From an uncultured bacterium (lineage in GTDB: Bacteria > Patescibacteriota > Minisyncoccia > Phycocordibacterales > UBA9973), in NCBI GenBank assembly GCA_903904195.1, contig CAIVBM010000045.1:1-51812 (forward strand): 51,812 nt of DNA, given 5' to 3'. The notes under the pieces were generated by a model. That model searched no databases. It was not told the DNA's origin and saw only the letters and a list, made by a program, of their open reading frames with translations. Positions within the stretch are counted from its first letter, which is position 1, and the number at the start of each line of letters is the position of its first letter. Shown piece by piece: positions 1 to 8,156 of this stretch. Made by a program: the position numbers and the translations under genes.

Positions 1-111
1 AAGACAAACCCGAGGAGCATCAATTGCGCTCTAGAAAAATATCTGCAATACTACAATCACGAACGTTTGCATCTTGGCTTAAATTTAAAAACGCCTTCCA
101 ATTTTACTTAA
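1..111 (+). mobile_element. 3' end of a DDE (rve-type) transposase/integrase ORF, truncated by the window edge
   Basis: Frame +1 reads ...NCALEKYLQYYNHERLHLGLNLKTPSNFT, then TAA at 109-111. The YNxERxHxxLxxxTP string is the conserved C-terminal tail of IS3/IS481-type integrase-core transposases. Confidence 0.55.
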
Positions 112-156
112 AGTGATTCCAAGCTATTGGTTAGATTACGGCAGAAAAAGGGTAAC

Positions 157-186
157 AAAAAAGCACCTTTTAAAAGGTGCTTTTTT
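157..186. terminator. Bidirectional hairpin terminator (aaaaagcacctttt / aaaaggtgcttttt)
   Basis: Perfect GC-containing stem flanked by an A-run on one side and a T-run on the other. Lies between the transposase fragment (+) and rplL (-). Confidence 0.6.
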
Positions 187-297
187 GTAATACTTTTATA
201 TATTATTTCAATTCAACCTTGGCCACACATAAATTCCTGCTGGAATTTTGCGCAGCCCCCGCCTCGGCGCCGTCGCACCTCCGGCCGAAAAGTTGAG

Positions 298-663
298 CTA
301 TTTAAGCTCAACTTTTCCTCCTGCAGCCTCAATTTTTTTCTTCAAATCGTTAGCCTCTTCTTTCTTCATTCCTGCCTTAAGGGTGGAAGGAGCGGCGTCT
401 ACTAAGTCTTTAGCGTCTTTTAAGCCTAGAGCCAAAGCTTCTTTCACTATCTTCATAACTGCGATTTTCTGATCACCAGCAGAAGTCAACATAACTGTGT
501 AAGCGCTCTGCTCTTCAGCAGCTGGAGCAGCAGCACCGGCACCAGCTGATGCTACAGCAGCGGCAGATACTCCAAACTTTACTTCAATAGCTTTTACAAG
601 CTCATTCAACTCTAAAACTGATGCACTTTCCAAATCTTTTAAAAACGAATCAAATTTTGACAT
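298..663 (-). CDS. rplL: 50S ribosomal protein L7/L12
   Basis: 121 aa. Has the Ala-rich hinge [18 protein letters not shown] and the C-terminal domain [10 protein letters not shown]...[11 protein letters not shown]...[12 protein letters not shown] typical of L7/L12. Confidence 0.97.
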   Translation of the reverse strand: MSKFDSFLKDLESASVLELNELVKAIEVKFGVSAAAVASAGAGAAAPAAEEQSAYTVMLTSAGDQKIAVMKIVKEALALGLKDAKDLVDAAPSTLKAGMKKEEANDLKKKIEAAGGKVELK

Positions 664-696
664 AATGTTTTTTGTGTTAATTTTTTAATAATCGTA

Positions 697-786
697 CTCC
701 CCCTCTCCTTTACAAGGAGAGGGCAGGGTGAGGTTCTTAATTGAAGAACCGCCCCTCAATCCCCTCCTTATTAAGGTGGGGAGGAA
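697..786. repeat. GC-rich multi-hairpin repeat element, family A copy 1 (rplJ-rplL spacer)
   Basis: Contains hairpins ctctcctt-tac-aaggagag, ggttcttaattgaagaacc and cccctcctta-tt-aaggtgggg. An inverted copy lies at 11836-11916. Confidence 0.8.
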
Positions 787-791
787 ATTCA

Positions 792-1274
792 CTATTTCTT
801 CTTCCCTACTTCGCCGACTGCAATAGCCAAACGTTGCATAGGGCTCTGGAGTAAGAATGCCAATTTGGAAAGTAATACTTCCCTCGTTGGTATCATTGCG
901 AGTTCCATCATCATTTCCTTACCGACGAATTTTCCTTCGAAAATTCCTCCCAAGATGTTCAAGACTATTCCTTTATGAGCCTTTTGGAAATTATAAACTT
1001 CACGAGGACTTGCTATATCGTCTTTTGAAAACGCAATAGCGACTTCTCCGTCAAGCTTTGGAACTTCACCTTCTGCTTTGCCTTTGAGAGCACGGCCAAG
1101 GAGAGTCTTTCTGGAAACTTTGTAACCCACACCATTTGAACGAAGCTCTCGACGCAATATCGTCTCATCGCTTACTTTCAAACCATGAAAGTTCACGAAA
1201 ACGAGAGACTTGCTTCCTTTTACCGCTACTTCCAAGTCTTTTATTATTTCTTCTTTTTTTGATTTTTGTAACAT
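792..1274 (-). CDS. rplJ: 50S ribosomal protein L10
   Basis: 160 aa. N-terminus KKEEIIKDLEVAVKGSKSLVFVNFHGLKVSDETILRRELR matches the L10 pattern, and the gene lies immediately upstream of rplL. Confidence 0.95.
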   Translation of the reverse strand: MLQKSKKEEIIKDLEVAVKGSKSLVFVNFHGLKVSDETILRRELRSNGVGYKVSRKTLLGRALKGKAEGEVPKLDGEVAIAFSKDDIASPREVYNFQKAHKGIVLNILGGIFEGKFVGKEMMMELAMIPTREVLLSKLAFLLQSPMQRLAIAVGEVGKKK

Positions 1275-1299
1275 AATTTTTGAAAACTTTTTAAATATA

Positions 1300-1380
1300 A
1301 TTTTTGAAGGGGTTTCGAGGCTGACGAGCCGAGAACTTCAGGATTTTTTAAGCTTCAAAAAATCCGTACCGAAAAAAATT
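1300..1380. repeat. Repeat element family C copy 1 (upstream of rplJ)
   Basis: ggggtttcgaggctgacgagccgagaacttcaggattttttaagcttcaaaaaatccgtaccg. A near-identical inverted copy lies at 34626-34705. Contains the palindrome ggatttttt-aagctt-aaaaaatcc. Confidence 0.8.
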
Positions 1381-1406
1381 GATATTTTAAAAGTTTTTAA
1401 TAAACT

Positions 1407-1426
1407 AAAAAAACGGCTTCCGCCGT
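1407..1426 (-). terminator. Weak intrinsic terminator-like hairpin
   Basis: On the minus strand acggc-ggaa-gccgt is followed by a T7 run. The stem is only 5 bp. Confidence 0.4.
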
Positions 1427-1514
1427 CAAAGATATCGACCCACTGAATAGGACTTATCAGAATAAACTTCTGAGCCTATCTTCTTTGCGGTAAATACATA
1501 CTAACACAAACCTT

Positions 1515-1655
1515 TTAATTTGCAACTTCACCCACTTCAGACGAATTTATATCTTGTTTTTTATCTAAATAATTTACAAAAACAACACCGATAATGCCTA
1601 GGATTATCATAAGTGAAAAGACAAACACAACCTTTAAAAAATGCTTCGTTACCAT
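1515..1655 (-). CDS. Small single-pass membrane protein (46 aa), hypothetical
   Basis: Hand translation gives MVTKHFLKVVFVFSLMIILGIIGVVFVNYLDKKQDINSSEVGEVAN*. Below the ORF-track length cut-off, with one clear TM helix and no recognisable family. Confidence 0.3.
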   Translation of the reverse strand: MVTKHFLKVVFVFSLMIILGIIGVVFVNYLDKKQDINSSEVGEVAN

Positions 1656-1675
1656 AGCTAAATTATATCATAATT

Positions 1676-4600
1676 CTAATCTATAGTTTCTGATACCACC
1701 GTTCCTTCTTTGCTATCTCCCCCATATCCACTCCACCCATTCGCCACCGCCTGTCCAGTAAATGAAGATGTCTTATAATAAAGGGCAACTCTACCTCCTC
1801 CTCCAGCTCCATAACACATAGCTGGGCAAAATGTCCCGCCTCCTTTTGCCTGAAAAATTCCGTCACCATCGAGTGTATTTGTAGTTATATAGATACTTCC
1901 ACCACTAGATGTAATATTTCCTCCTGCAGACACTGTACCATTATTAATTAAATTATTTGCTATTAGTCTGATCGCTCCGCCACCACGAGTCAGACTTCCA
2001 TTTCCTCCACTACCAAAATCAACAGGCGCACTAGCAGAACCATAAATTGACGACTCATTACTACCAGAGCCCAACCCACCATAACTTGCGCCTTTCATAT
2101 ATGTCCCTGGGTTCTCTGGATCATATATAGGGCTAGGAGCTCCGAGACCAGTTGCCACCCCATATCCTTTAAAATCAGCCGAAATAGATGAACCTTTTTC
2201 TATATTAATATTGGAAACATTTAGAGCAAGAATTTTTTCAGGAATAATCGTAAGTATTGAATTCCCCATTAACATAAGAGAGTTAGCCATAATTATTTCA
2301 CTGCCTGAAAGAGTCAAAGTTGAAACCCCATCTATTTTAATTGTTGGAATATTTAATACTTGATTATCAGAAAGAGAAAAAAAAGAATTTTTATCAATAA
2401 CTAAATTATTCGCAGTTATATTTACATTATTCTCTGATGTTGCTTTTGTATCATTTAAAATATAAATATTATTAAAGGCAAACGGAGCATCATTGTTTCT
2501 AAATTGCCATGAACCACTTAAATAAGCATCATTTGCTGAACTATCAAAGATACCCATCGTACCCACTTGTCCACAAGAACTAGACCAACCATCGTAACTT
2601 CCACAACCTCCTTTGGCTTCTAAAGTTCCACTAAATGATGACGTTTTATAATACAGAGCAATCCTACCTCCACCACCAGGACTTTTAAAATAATCACCAA
2701 AATGGAGATTACCGCCATTCGCGCGAAAGATTCCATTTCCAGTAAATTTATTTGCAGTTACAAAAATACTACCACCACTAGCAGAGACAGCACCACTAGA
2801 AGAAATAATTCCATTATTAGTAAAAGTATCAGACACTACGATACGTATAGCCCCACCACCAAAACCATTATAAAAATCAGCTCCCCCGCTCCCTAAATCA
2901 ATCGGCTTGGTCGCAGAACCATACAAACTTGAAGTGGAAGCTCCTCCAAAACTAAAACCTCCATAACTTGCACCAACAGAAGGTTCTGAAGAAATTCCCA
3001 AACCTGCACCAGAGTTATAACCTTTTTGATCAGCTGAAATATAAGAACCAGAATTCACATTTAAATTTGAAACAGTAATCTTTACTCCCTTAAATGAATT
3101 TACGGAAAGTGGATCGCCAGCAACAGTCAAAACTGCATTATTTGTAATATTTAAATTATTAAAATAATATTCTCCCGCTGGTAAAGTTGCATTAGAGTCC
3201 ATCGTCACATCACTTTCTGTATTATCAGGAATTCCATTATTATTTAAATCAGAAGAAGATAATGAAATAGAAGGAAAAGCATCTGCGACGTTTACTGTGC
3301 GTGTAGCTGTCGCCGTATTATTATTTTTATCTTTCGCGGTATAAGTAATAACATAATTACCTGCCAACCAATTATTTACTACACCGGAAAAAAAGACATT
3401 TATCGGACCGTCAACATCATCAATGGCTGTGGCTCCCCCATCTATAAAAGCATCACCGATATTTATATTAACTGGGTTGGCACCTATTACAGAAATAGCT
3501 GGTGCAATATTATCAGAAGGCAAAACAGGCTCAACAATCGGCTCTGTATGAACTTCTTCTGGAATTATTATTTCAGCATTTACCCTATTTCCGCTACCTC
3601 CTCCAGCAGGATGTAAAGGATTAGAAACAACCTGAGTTTCTGGCGCAGGTTGCATGGTTGGAATATTTTCTTTTGTATTTATTACTTGCTCTGGTGTTGG
3701 TAAATTTGTTGTGTCTGAAGTTTGAACAATTGCTGAATTTGGAGATACATCAGCAAGACCTTCTATGGCGGAAATGGCTGAAGCAGTATTATTTACAGCT
3801 AAATTTTCATTTTTATTGAATATAGATTGAGCAAAAGAAGAAATAGAAGAAGCAACTGTATTTACTCCTTGAATTACTGCATTACCAACTGCTAGGCTAG
3901 TATTATATATTCCATTTACAATAAAAACTCCGGTGTCATAAGTAAGAACAATTCCATTTTTAACTACATCTGCAGTCGAGTCAGCAACTGCCAGCGCAAG
4001 ACCCTCTATTTTATGTCCGAGAGTTAATTTAGGCGGATTCATGCACGACGCGTTTTCATTTTGGATATTATTTGTTTGAAGTTTATCAAGCGAAGATTGA
4101 ATATCAGAAACAATTCTTGGAGTTTGATACTTTAAATAAATATCAAAATTATGCCCTAAAAAATTATCACCCTGTTGTAAATCAATATGAGCATTTGGTG
4201 GCAATATAGAAAAAATATCACCAGCGACGCCAGCAATAGCTTTATCCGTATCGGAAGTTATATATTTTCCTTCGCCCCCAACATGATCCGCTGGGGTTGC
4301 GACACTGTATACACCCAAAGATTCTGTTGGTATACCACCCTCTTTACCTGCAACTTTGTCATAAAAATTATTTGCATAAAAATTCCCCTGTGAATGACCA
4401 ACGAGAAGAACTTTTTGTGTACTTATCTTATTACTGGCATCATTTAGCATTTCTATTAAATCATAATCTGATTTTTGGCCAAAAAATCCCTGTTTAAAAG
4501 CATCAACAAAATCAAGCGCCCCAGCGATATGGGAGGGATTGAGGAGATATCTATAATTTATACTTTGATTCTTCCAATTAAAACCAAGAACTTTTTCAAG

Positions 4601-4762
4601 TGCTAACATATTTTCCTCTGCTCCTTTATCATTAGTAAGCACTCCATTAATTGTAGTAACTATGTACCCATCCTTAGAACACTTATTAGCAGCGAAAGAA
4701 AAATTGGGTATAAGAAAAATAACAATTAAAAAACAAATAATTTTTAAATTATTTATATTCAC
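1676..4762 (-). CDS. Secreted multidomain protein: N-terminal alpha/beta-hydrolase (lipase-like GHSQG), Ig-like DUF5011-type domain, then two Gly-rich beta-helix modules
   Basis: Signal peptide MNINNLKIICFLIVIFLIPNFSFA. Nucleophile elbow LLVGHSQGNFY. PAISVIGANPVNINIGDAFIDGGATAIDDVDGPIN resembles DUF5011. There are two homologous modules: ISADQKGY...GGGAIRIV...GGGGRIALYYKTSSFSG and ISADFKGY...GGGAIRLI...GGGGRVALYYKTSSFTG. Confidence 0.8.
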   Translation of the reverse strand: MNINNLKIICFLIVIFLIPNFSFAANKCSKDGYIVTTINGVLTNDKGAEENMLALEKVLGFNWKNQSINYRYLLNPSHIAGALDFVDAFKQGFFGQKSDYDLIEMLNDASNKISTQKVLLVGHSQGNFYANNFYDKVAGKEGGIPTESLGVYSVATPADHVGGEGKYITSDTDKAIAGVAGDIFSILPPNAHIDLQQGDNFLGHNFDIYLKYQTPRIVSDIQSSLDKLQTNNIQNENASCMNPPKLTLGHKIEGLALAVADSTADVVKNGIVLTYDTGVFIVNGIYNTSLAVGNAVIQGVNTVASSISSFAQSIFNKNENLAVNNTASAISAIEGLADVSPNSAIVQTSDTTNLPTPEQVINTKENIPTMQPAPETQVVSNPLHPAGGGSGNRVNAEIIIPEEVHTEPIVEPVLPSDNIAPAISVIGANPVNINIGDAFIDGGATAIDDVDGPINVFFSGVVNNWLAGNYVITYTAKDKNNNTATATRTVNVADAFPSISLSSSDLNNNGIPDNTESDVTMDSNATLPAGEYYFNNLNITNNAVLTVAGDPLSVNSFKGVKITVSNLNVNSGSYISADQKGYNSGAGLGISSEPSVGASYGGFSFGGASTSSLYGSATKPIDLGSGGADFYNGFGGGAIRIVVSDTFTNNGIISSSGAVSASGGSIFVTANKFTGNGIFRANGGNLHFGDYFKSPGGGGRIALYYKTSSFSGTLEAKGGCGSYDGWSSSCGQVGTMGIFDSSANDAYLSGSWQFRNNDAPFAFNNIYILNDTKATSENNVNITANNLVIDKNSFFSLSDNQVLNIPTIKIDGVSTLTLSGSEIIMANSLMLMGNSILTIIPEKILALNVSNINIEKGSSISADFKGYGVATGLGAPSPIYDPENPGTYMKGASYGGLGSGSNESSIYGSASAPVDFGSGGNGSLTRGGGAIRLIANNLINNGTVSAGGNITSSGGSIYITTNTLDGDGIFQAKGGGTFCPAMCYGAGGGGRVALYYKTSSFTGQAVANGWSGYGGDSKEGTVVSETID

Positions 4763-4766
4763 TACT

Positions 4767-5399
4767 TTAGTTTAGTAAAGTTTTTAAATCTATATCACAA
4801 CCATCATTAGAAGCAGCATAACTACCAAGATTTCCTTCAAAAACTTTATTTAGATAATTCGTTCTTTGTGTGGTATTAAGCTGAAGATTTTCAACAAACT
4901 TTTCATTCTTATCTGTTTCTGCAATAAATTTTTTCATATTAGATCTAGAAGAAATACTCCAAACACAAATATGAGCCCTACTCTCATTGTCTTCCACAGT
5001 TGCTGTCACTGTATCTTTATTAATGATTGGTAAGGTCATTTGCATTTGTAATACTAGCGCATACTGCAACAGCACTGCCCTAGTTTTCGCAGACTTTGGA
5101 TATACATTGAAGATAGCGAGCTCTACATCATCGCGAATTCCATTATTATTTGCATCAATACCAGCCACAGTCTTATCAGCATCAGCTCCCGGATCCGGAG
5201 GAAGGTTCTTCCCCATAACATCATCTAGTATTAACTTCGTCGCATGAATTTTTGCTACTTCGGCATTTGTTTTATCTAAATTAAAAAGATGCACAACACG
5301 AACAACGACTAAAATAATATATAAACCCAGTAAAATTAAAAAAGCCCACTTAAATATTTTAAAAATCTTGTGAGCCAAAACTCTTTTTATTTTTTCCAT
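4767..5399 (-). CDS. Membrane-anchored hypothetical protein
   Basis: 210 aa with N-terminal TM helix WAFLILLGLYIILVVV. Has a DxNxxGxxDxxE-type loop (DANNNGIRDDVE) reminiscent of Ca-binding motifs. No family recognised. Confidence 0.65.
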   Translation of the reverse strand: MEKIKRVLAHKIFKIFKWAFLILLGLYIILVVVRVVHLFNLDKTNAEVAKIHATKLILDDVMGKNLPPDPGADADKTVAGIDANNNGIRDDVELAIFNVYPKSAKTRAVLLQYALVLQMQMTLPIINKDTVTATVEDNESRAHICVWSISSRSNMKKFIAETDKNEKFVENLQLNTTQRTNYLNKVFEGNLGSYAASNDGCDIDLKTLLN

Positions 5400-5449
5400 C
5401 TATTAATTATACAATTAATAAAGGAATTTCCTAAATAATGTGTGGATAA

Positions 5450-5480
5450 TCAACAAACAAATACCAAGGGCATCCCTTGG
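5450..5480 (-). terminator. Intrinsic terminator after the 63-aa membrane ORF
   Basis: On the minus strand ccaaggg-atg-cccttgg is followed by tatttgtttg. Confidence 0.55.
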
Positions 5481-5501
5481 ATTTGTTACCTCTTCCCCTT
5501 T

Positions 5502-5693
5502 TTAGCGATAACCTAAACCCCAGAGGACGATGAGAACGATGATGAGAATAACGAGAGAAGTGTGCCAGATGTCCCAGTGAGCGTAGATATTTCTTTTCTT
5601 TAGAAAATTTGCAAACATCTCACTCCCCTCCAGAAGAATAAGGAAAGGTAGAATAGCTATTAGATACCAAATTTTGAAAATCAAATCAAACAT
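5502..5693 (-). CDS. Small two-TM membrane protein, hypothetical
   Basis: 63 aa with two hydrophobic helices. Tightly packed, 5 nt from the upstream ORF. Confidence 0.5.
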   Translation of the reverse strand: MFDLIFKIWYLIAILPFLILLEGSEMFANFLKKRNIYAHWDIWHTSLVILIIVLIVLWGLGYR

Positions 5694-5697
5694 AAAT

Positions 5698-6153
5698 TTA
5701 TTTTTGAATCAAAATTGTAGCGACATTTTGAGATGAATCACAATCCACATACCATGTAGCAGGCAAAGCTTCACTAGAAAGCTTTACGATTTGAAAACCA
5801 TAAGCTTTGACATTAAATACGGAACCAGCTCTGACAGTACGGTCCACAGGAGCTCTGTTGTCTATCATGAGATATGAATTATTCTTGAAAGTCATAGCGC
5901 TTGGTTTTGCTTGGCAGGTTTTATCAAGCTGAATTCTGGCATTTTTATATAAAGCTAAAGCTTGAGTGTAATTAATATTCTTTATTGGAACAGCTGTTTT
6001 ACTGTTGTCTGTCACAGTCTGACCTGTACCAGTTGTAACATTGTCCGTAGAAGGATTTTTAAGATACCAGAGACCAAAAAACACTAAAATTAAAACCACG
6101 ATTAACTCTACTACCGCTGTTGATGAACTCCCCCCTCCATGTGATGATGCCAT
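5698..6153 (-). CDS. Membrane-anchored hypothetical protein
   Basis: 151 aa. N-terminal GGGSSSTAVVELIVVLILVFFGLWYL anchor. No family recognised. Confidence 0.6.
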   Translation of the reverse strand: MASSHGGGSSSTAVVELIVVLILVFFGLWYLKNPSTDNVTTGTGQTVTDNSKTAVPIKNINYTQALALYKNARIQLDKTCQAKPSAMTFKNNSYLMIDNRAPVDRTVRAGSVFNVKAYGFQIVKLSSEALPATWYVDCDSSQNVATILIQK

Positions 6154-6206
6154 ATATTATTGATATTATTATAAATAATAAACTTAGATATATTATAGCA
6201 TATAAA

Positions 6207-6236
6207 CAAAAACCCGCCTTTTGGGCGGGGTTTTGT
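6207..6236 (-). terminator. Intrinsic terminator of the 536-aa surface protein gene
   Basis: cccgcc-tttt-gggcggg hairpin. On the minus strand it is followed by tttttgtttat. Confidence 0.7.
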
Positions 6237-6257
6237 TTATCTTAGAACAGATAATCT

Positions 6258-7868
6258 TTATTTAGCTTCTGAAAGCATCGCTGCCTTTGTCTTTGCACCA
6301 ACGAGACCATCAGCCTTTAAGCCATGAGCCTTTTGCCACTGTTTTATAGTAGCAACAGTCTTTGGACCTAGTTTTCCATCTATCTTCAAATTAAGTTTCA
6401 AAATCTTATTCAAAACTTTTTGAAGTTCCTGAACTGAAACACCACTGCTTCCATTTTTAAGGGTAACATTTCCTAAATTGTAAGTAGTAGTTGTCGTAAC
6501 AGTACCAGTATTCCCTGCGCAAGATACGCCGGAAACTGTACTAAAACCTGTTGTACCTAGACATCCAGGTATTGCTACTGGAGTAGTTGTCGTAACAGTA
6601 ACAGTTTGAGTTGGGGTCTGAGTAACAACTGGTGAAGTAGTTACTGTAACTGTTGGATAAACTACTGATGGAGCAGGAGTTGAACTTGTGAAACCACCGC
6701 TACCAATACCACCGGTGATTGGGAAAACAGCAGTGATAACTCCTGCGTTTGCAGAGTTAGTTGCTGTTGCTCTCGCAATAGTGAATTGATTTACGCCTAC
6801 ACCAACAAGAGAATAACCACTTGTAGCTGTAAGAGTAACTGTAGCTGTGTAAACAGTGTTTGGTTGAAATGTCGCATCGTTTGGACTCCATGTGACACCT
6901 CCAGTGTAACCTGTTCCGGCTGTTGTAGTCGTTACAGGAGTAGCACTTGTTTCTGGAGCTGAAACTCCGGCAATAGCTGTAGCTGCGATAGTCGTAGCTG
7001 TAACTGGGAAAACAGCTGTGATAACTCCTGAGTTAATAGGGTTGGTGGCTGATCCAGTTGTACCAGCAACGGTGAATTGATTTGCTGTTATTCCAGTCAA
7101 AGTATAACCACTTGTTACTGTAAGAGTAATCGTAGCTGTGTAAATCGTGTGAGAAGCAAAAGTTGTTGGACTTCCACTCCATACGACTGCACCCGTGTAA
7201 CCTGTTCCCGCTGTTGTAGTCGTTACAGGAGTAGCACCTATTACTGGAACTGTAACTCCAGCAACCGCTCCGGCTCCGAGAGTCTGAACTACTGTAATAG
7301 CTAAACTACCTTTTGAAACTTTGTGACTATTTGCATTGTTAGTTACAACATAACTAATCGTCGTTGCACCACGAGCTACTGCTGTGATTACTCCTGTGGC
7401 TGAAACGATTGTAGCCTTTCCAGTATCACTGGAAGTCCAAGCCATTGTCTCTCCTGTACCTGCTGCTGTAAATCCTGTAGGAGTTACTGTTGATCCACCA
7501 ACTCGCACTTCTCCAATAGTTGGATTAGCGACTGAAGCTGCGGCATAAACTGTAACTGATACAGAGTTAAGATTTCCACTTGTTGAAGCTGTGTAACCGA
7601 TAGTAGTTGTACCCGCTGTCAATGCGACTACAGCTCCTGTGGTTCCATCAACTGTCGCAACCGCTGGAACACTTGATGTCCAACTAGTTGCACCTGCTTC
7701 GGTCGTAGCTGCAGTGGCTGTGGTTGTCTCTCCTAATTGGAGTACACCACTTAAACCAGTGACTGCTGCACCAGCAGTAGCAGAGACTTTAGAAGGAGCT
7801 CCTCCTAAAACCAAAGCCAAAGCTAGGACCATAAAACCTATACTTAAACCTTTTAACATTTTTTTCAT
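6258..7868 (-). CDS. Secreted surface protein with Ig-like repeats and a C-terminal peptidoglycan-binding domain
   Basis: Signal peptide MKKMLKGLSIGFMVLALALVLG. Big_2-like segments. Two tandem modules of about 95 aa (PVTTTTAGTGYTG.V.WS...YTAT.TLT.TSGY.L.G...NQFT...GVITAVFP). C-terminus VQELQKVLNK...IDGKLGPKTVATIKQWQKAHGLKADGLVGAKTKAAM has the PG_binding_1 pattern. Confidence 0.85.
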   Translation of the reverse strand: MKKMLKGLSIGFMVLALALVLGGAPSKVSATAGAAVTGLSGVLQLGETTTATAATTEAGATSWTSSVPAVATVDGTTGAVVALTAGTTTIGYTASTSGNLNSVSVTVYAAASVANPTIGEVRVGGSTVTPTGFTAAGTGETMAWTSSDTGKATIVSATGVITAVARGATTISYVVTNNANSHKVSKGSLAITVVQTLGAGAVAGVTVPVIGATPVTTTTAGTGYTGAVVWSGSPTTFASHTIYTATITLTVTSGYTLTGITANQFTVAGTTGSATNPINSGVITAVFPVTATTIAATAIAGVSAPETSATPVTTTTAGTGYTGGVTWSPNDATFQPNTVYTATVTLTATSGYSLVGVGVNQFTIARATATNSANAGVITAVFPITGGIGSGGFTSSTPAPSVVYPTVTVTTSPVVTQTPTQTVTVTTTTPVAIPGCLGTTGFSTVSGVSCAGNTGTVTTTTTYNLGNVTLKNGSSGVSVQELQKVLNKILKLNLKIDGKLGPKTVATIKQWQKAHGLKADGLVGAKTKAAMLSEAK

Positions 7869-8078
7869 AATCTAATAATAGTTAATTAATAATTTAAAAC
7901 ATTAATAAATTTCTTTCTTAATTACTTATTAATGCCCTTAAGAATGCACTGATAAATAATCAAGACAACAAAAGCGCATTTCGACCCTACCCTAAGAGGA
8001 AGGACGCCAATGTATTCTATTTATTATACAACACCAATAAATAATAGAACATTTTTAACCTGTGTATAACTATAAAAA

Positions 8079-8107
8079 CAAAAAACCCCATCGCGTGAGC
8101 GACGGGG
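8079..8107 (-). terminator. Intrinsic terminator of the 1065-aa surface protein gene
   Basis: On the minus strand ccccgtcgc-tcac-gcgatgggg (one G-U pair) is followed by T7. Confidence 0.7.
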
Positions 8108-8156
8108 CTTCTTGTTTGCTAGTAGATTATTCGACCAATCTAGAAGCGAGTTAACA

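Noticed and set aside
287-315. The hairpin aaaagttgagct-attt-aagctcaactttt, which spans the rplL stop codon, considered as a terminator.
   Set aside because: On the minus strand it is followed by cggccggagg rather than a T-run. The stronger bidirectional terminator at 157-186 is the more likely transcript end.
1319-1335. A CUGACGAG string in the family C repeat (also at 25893-25900) resembles the CUGANGA core of a hammerhead ribozyme.
   Set aside because: I could not find a stem II hairpin followed by GAAA, nor a complementary stem I/III with a UH cleavage site. The second full copy has CTGTCGAG, which breaks the core.
5443-5451. Perfect DnaA-box 9-mer (TGTGGATAA, the reverse complement of TTATCCACA). 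A second copy lies at 11752-11760, suggesting an origin of replication.
   Set aside because: These are two isolated boxes 6 kb apart. There is no cluster of boxes, no adjacent AT-rich unwinding repeats arranged as in oriC, and no dnaA or dnaN nearby. Single matches to a 9-mer are expected occasionally in AT-rich DNA.
5698-6153. The N-terminus GGGSSSTAVVELIVVLILV looks pilin-like.
   Set aside because: The Glu would be at +8, not +5, from any plausible Gly cleavage site. The gene is not linked to the pilus operon, so I treat this as a generic membrane anchor.
6700-7290. Regularly spaced repeats that might suggest a CRISPR-like array.
   Set aside because: The repeats are ~285-nt coding modules of the surface protein (tandem domain duplication). 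There are no short direct repeats with unique spacers, and no cas genes are present.
7869-8078. Searched the intergenic regions (7869-8156, 11355-11835, 26630-26722, 50423-50617) for tRNA, tmRNA, RNase P or SRP RNA signatures.
   Set aside because: I found no GTTCRANYC T-loop with a matching acceptor stem, no GGAAAGTCCGG-type RNase P core and no SRP motif by eye. A covariance-model scan would be needed to exclude them fully.
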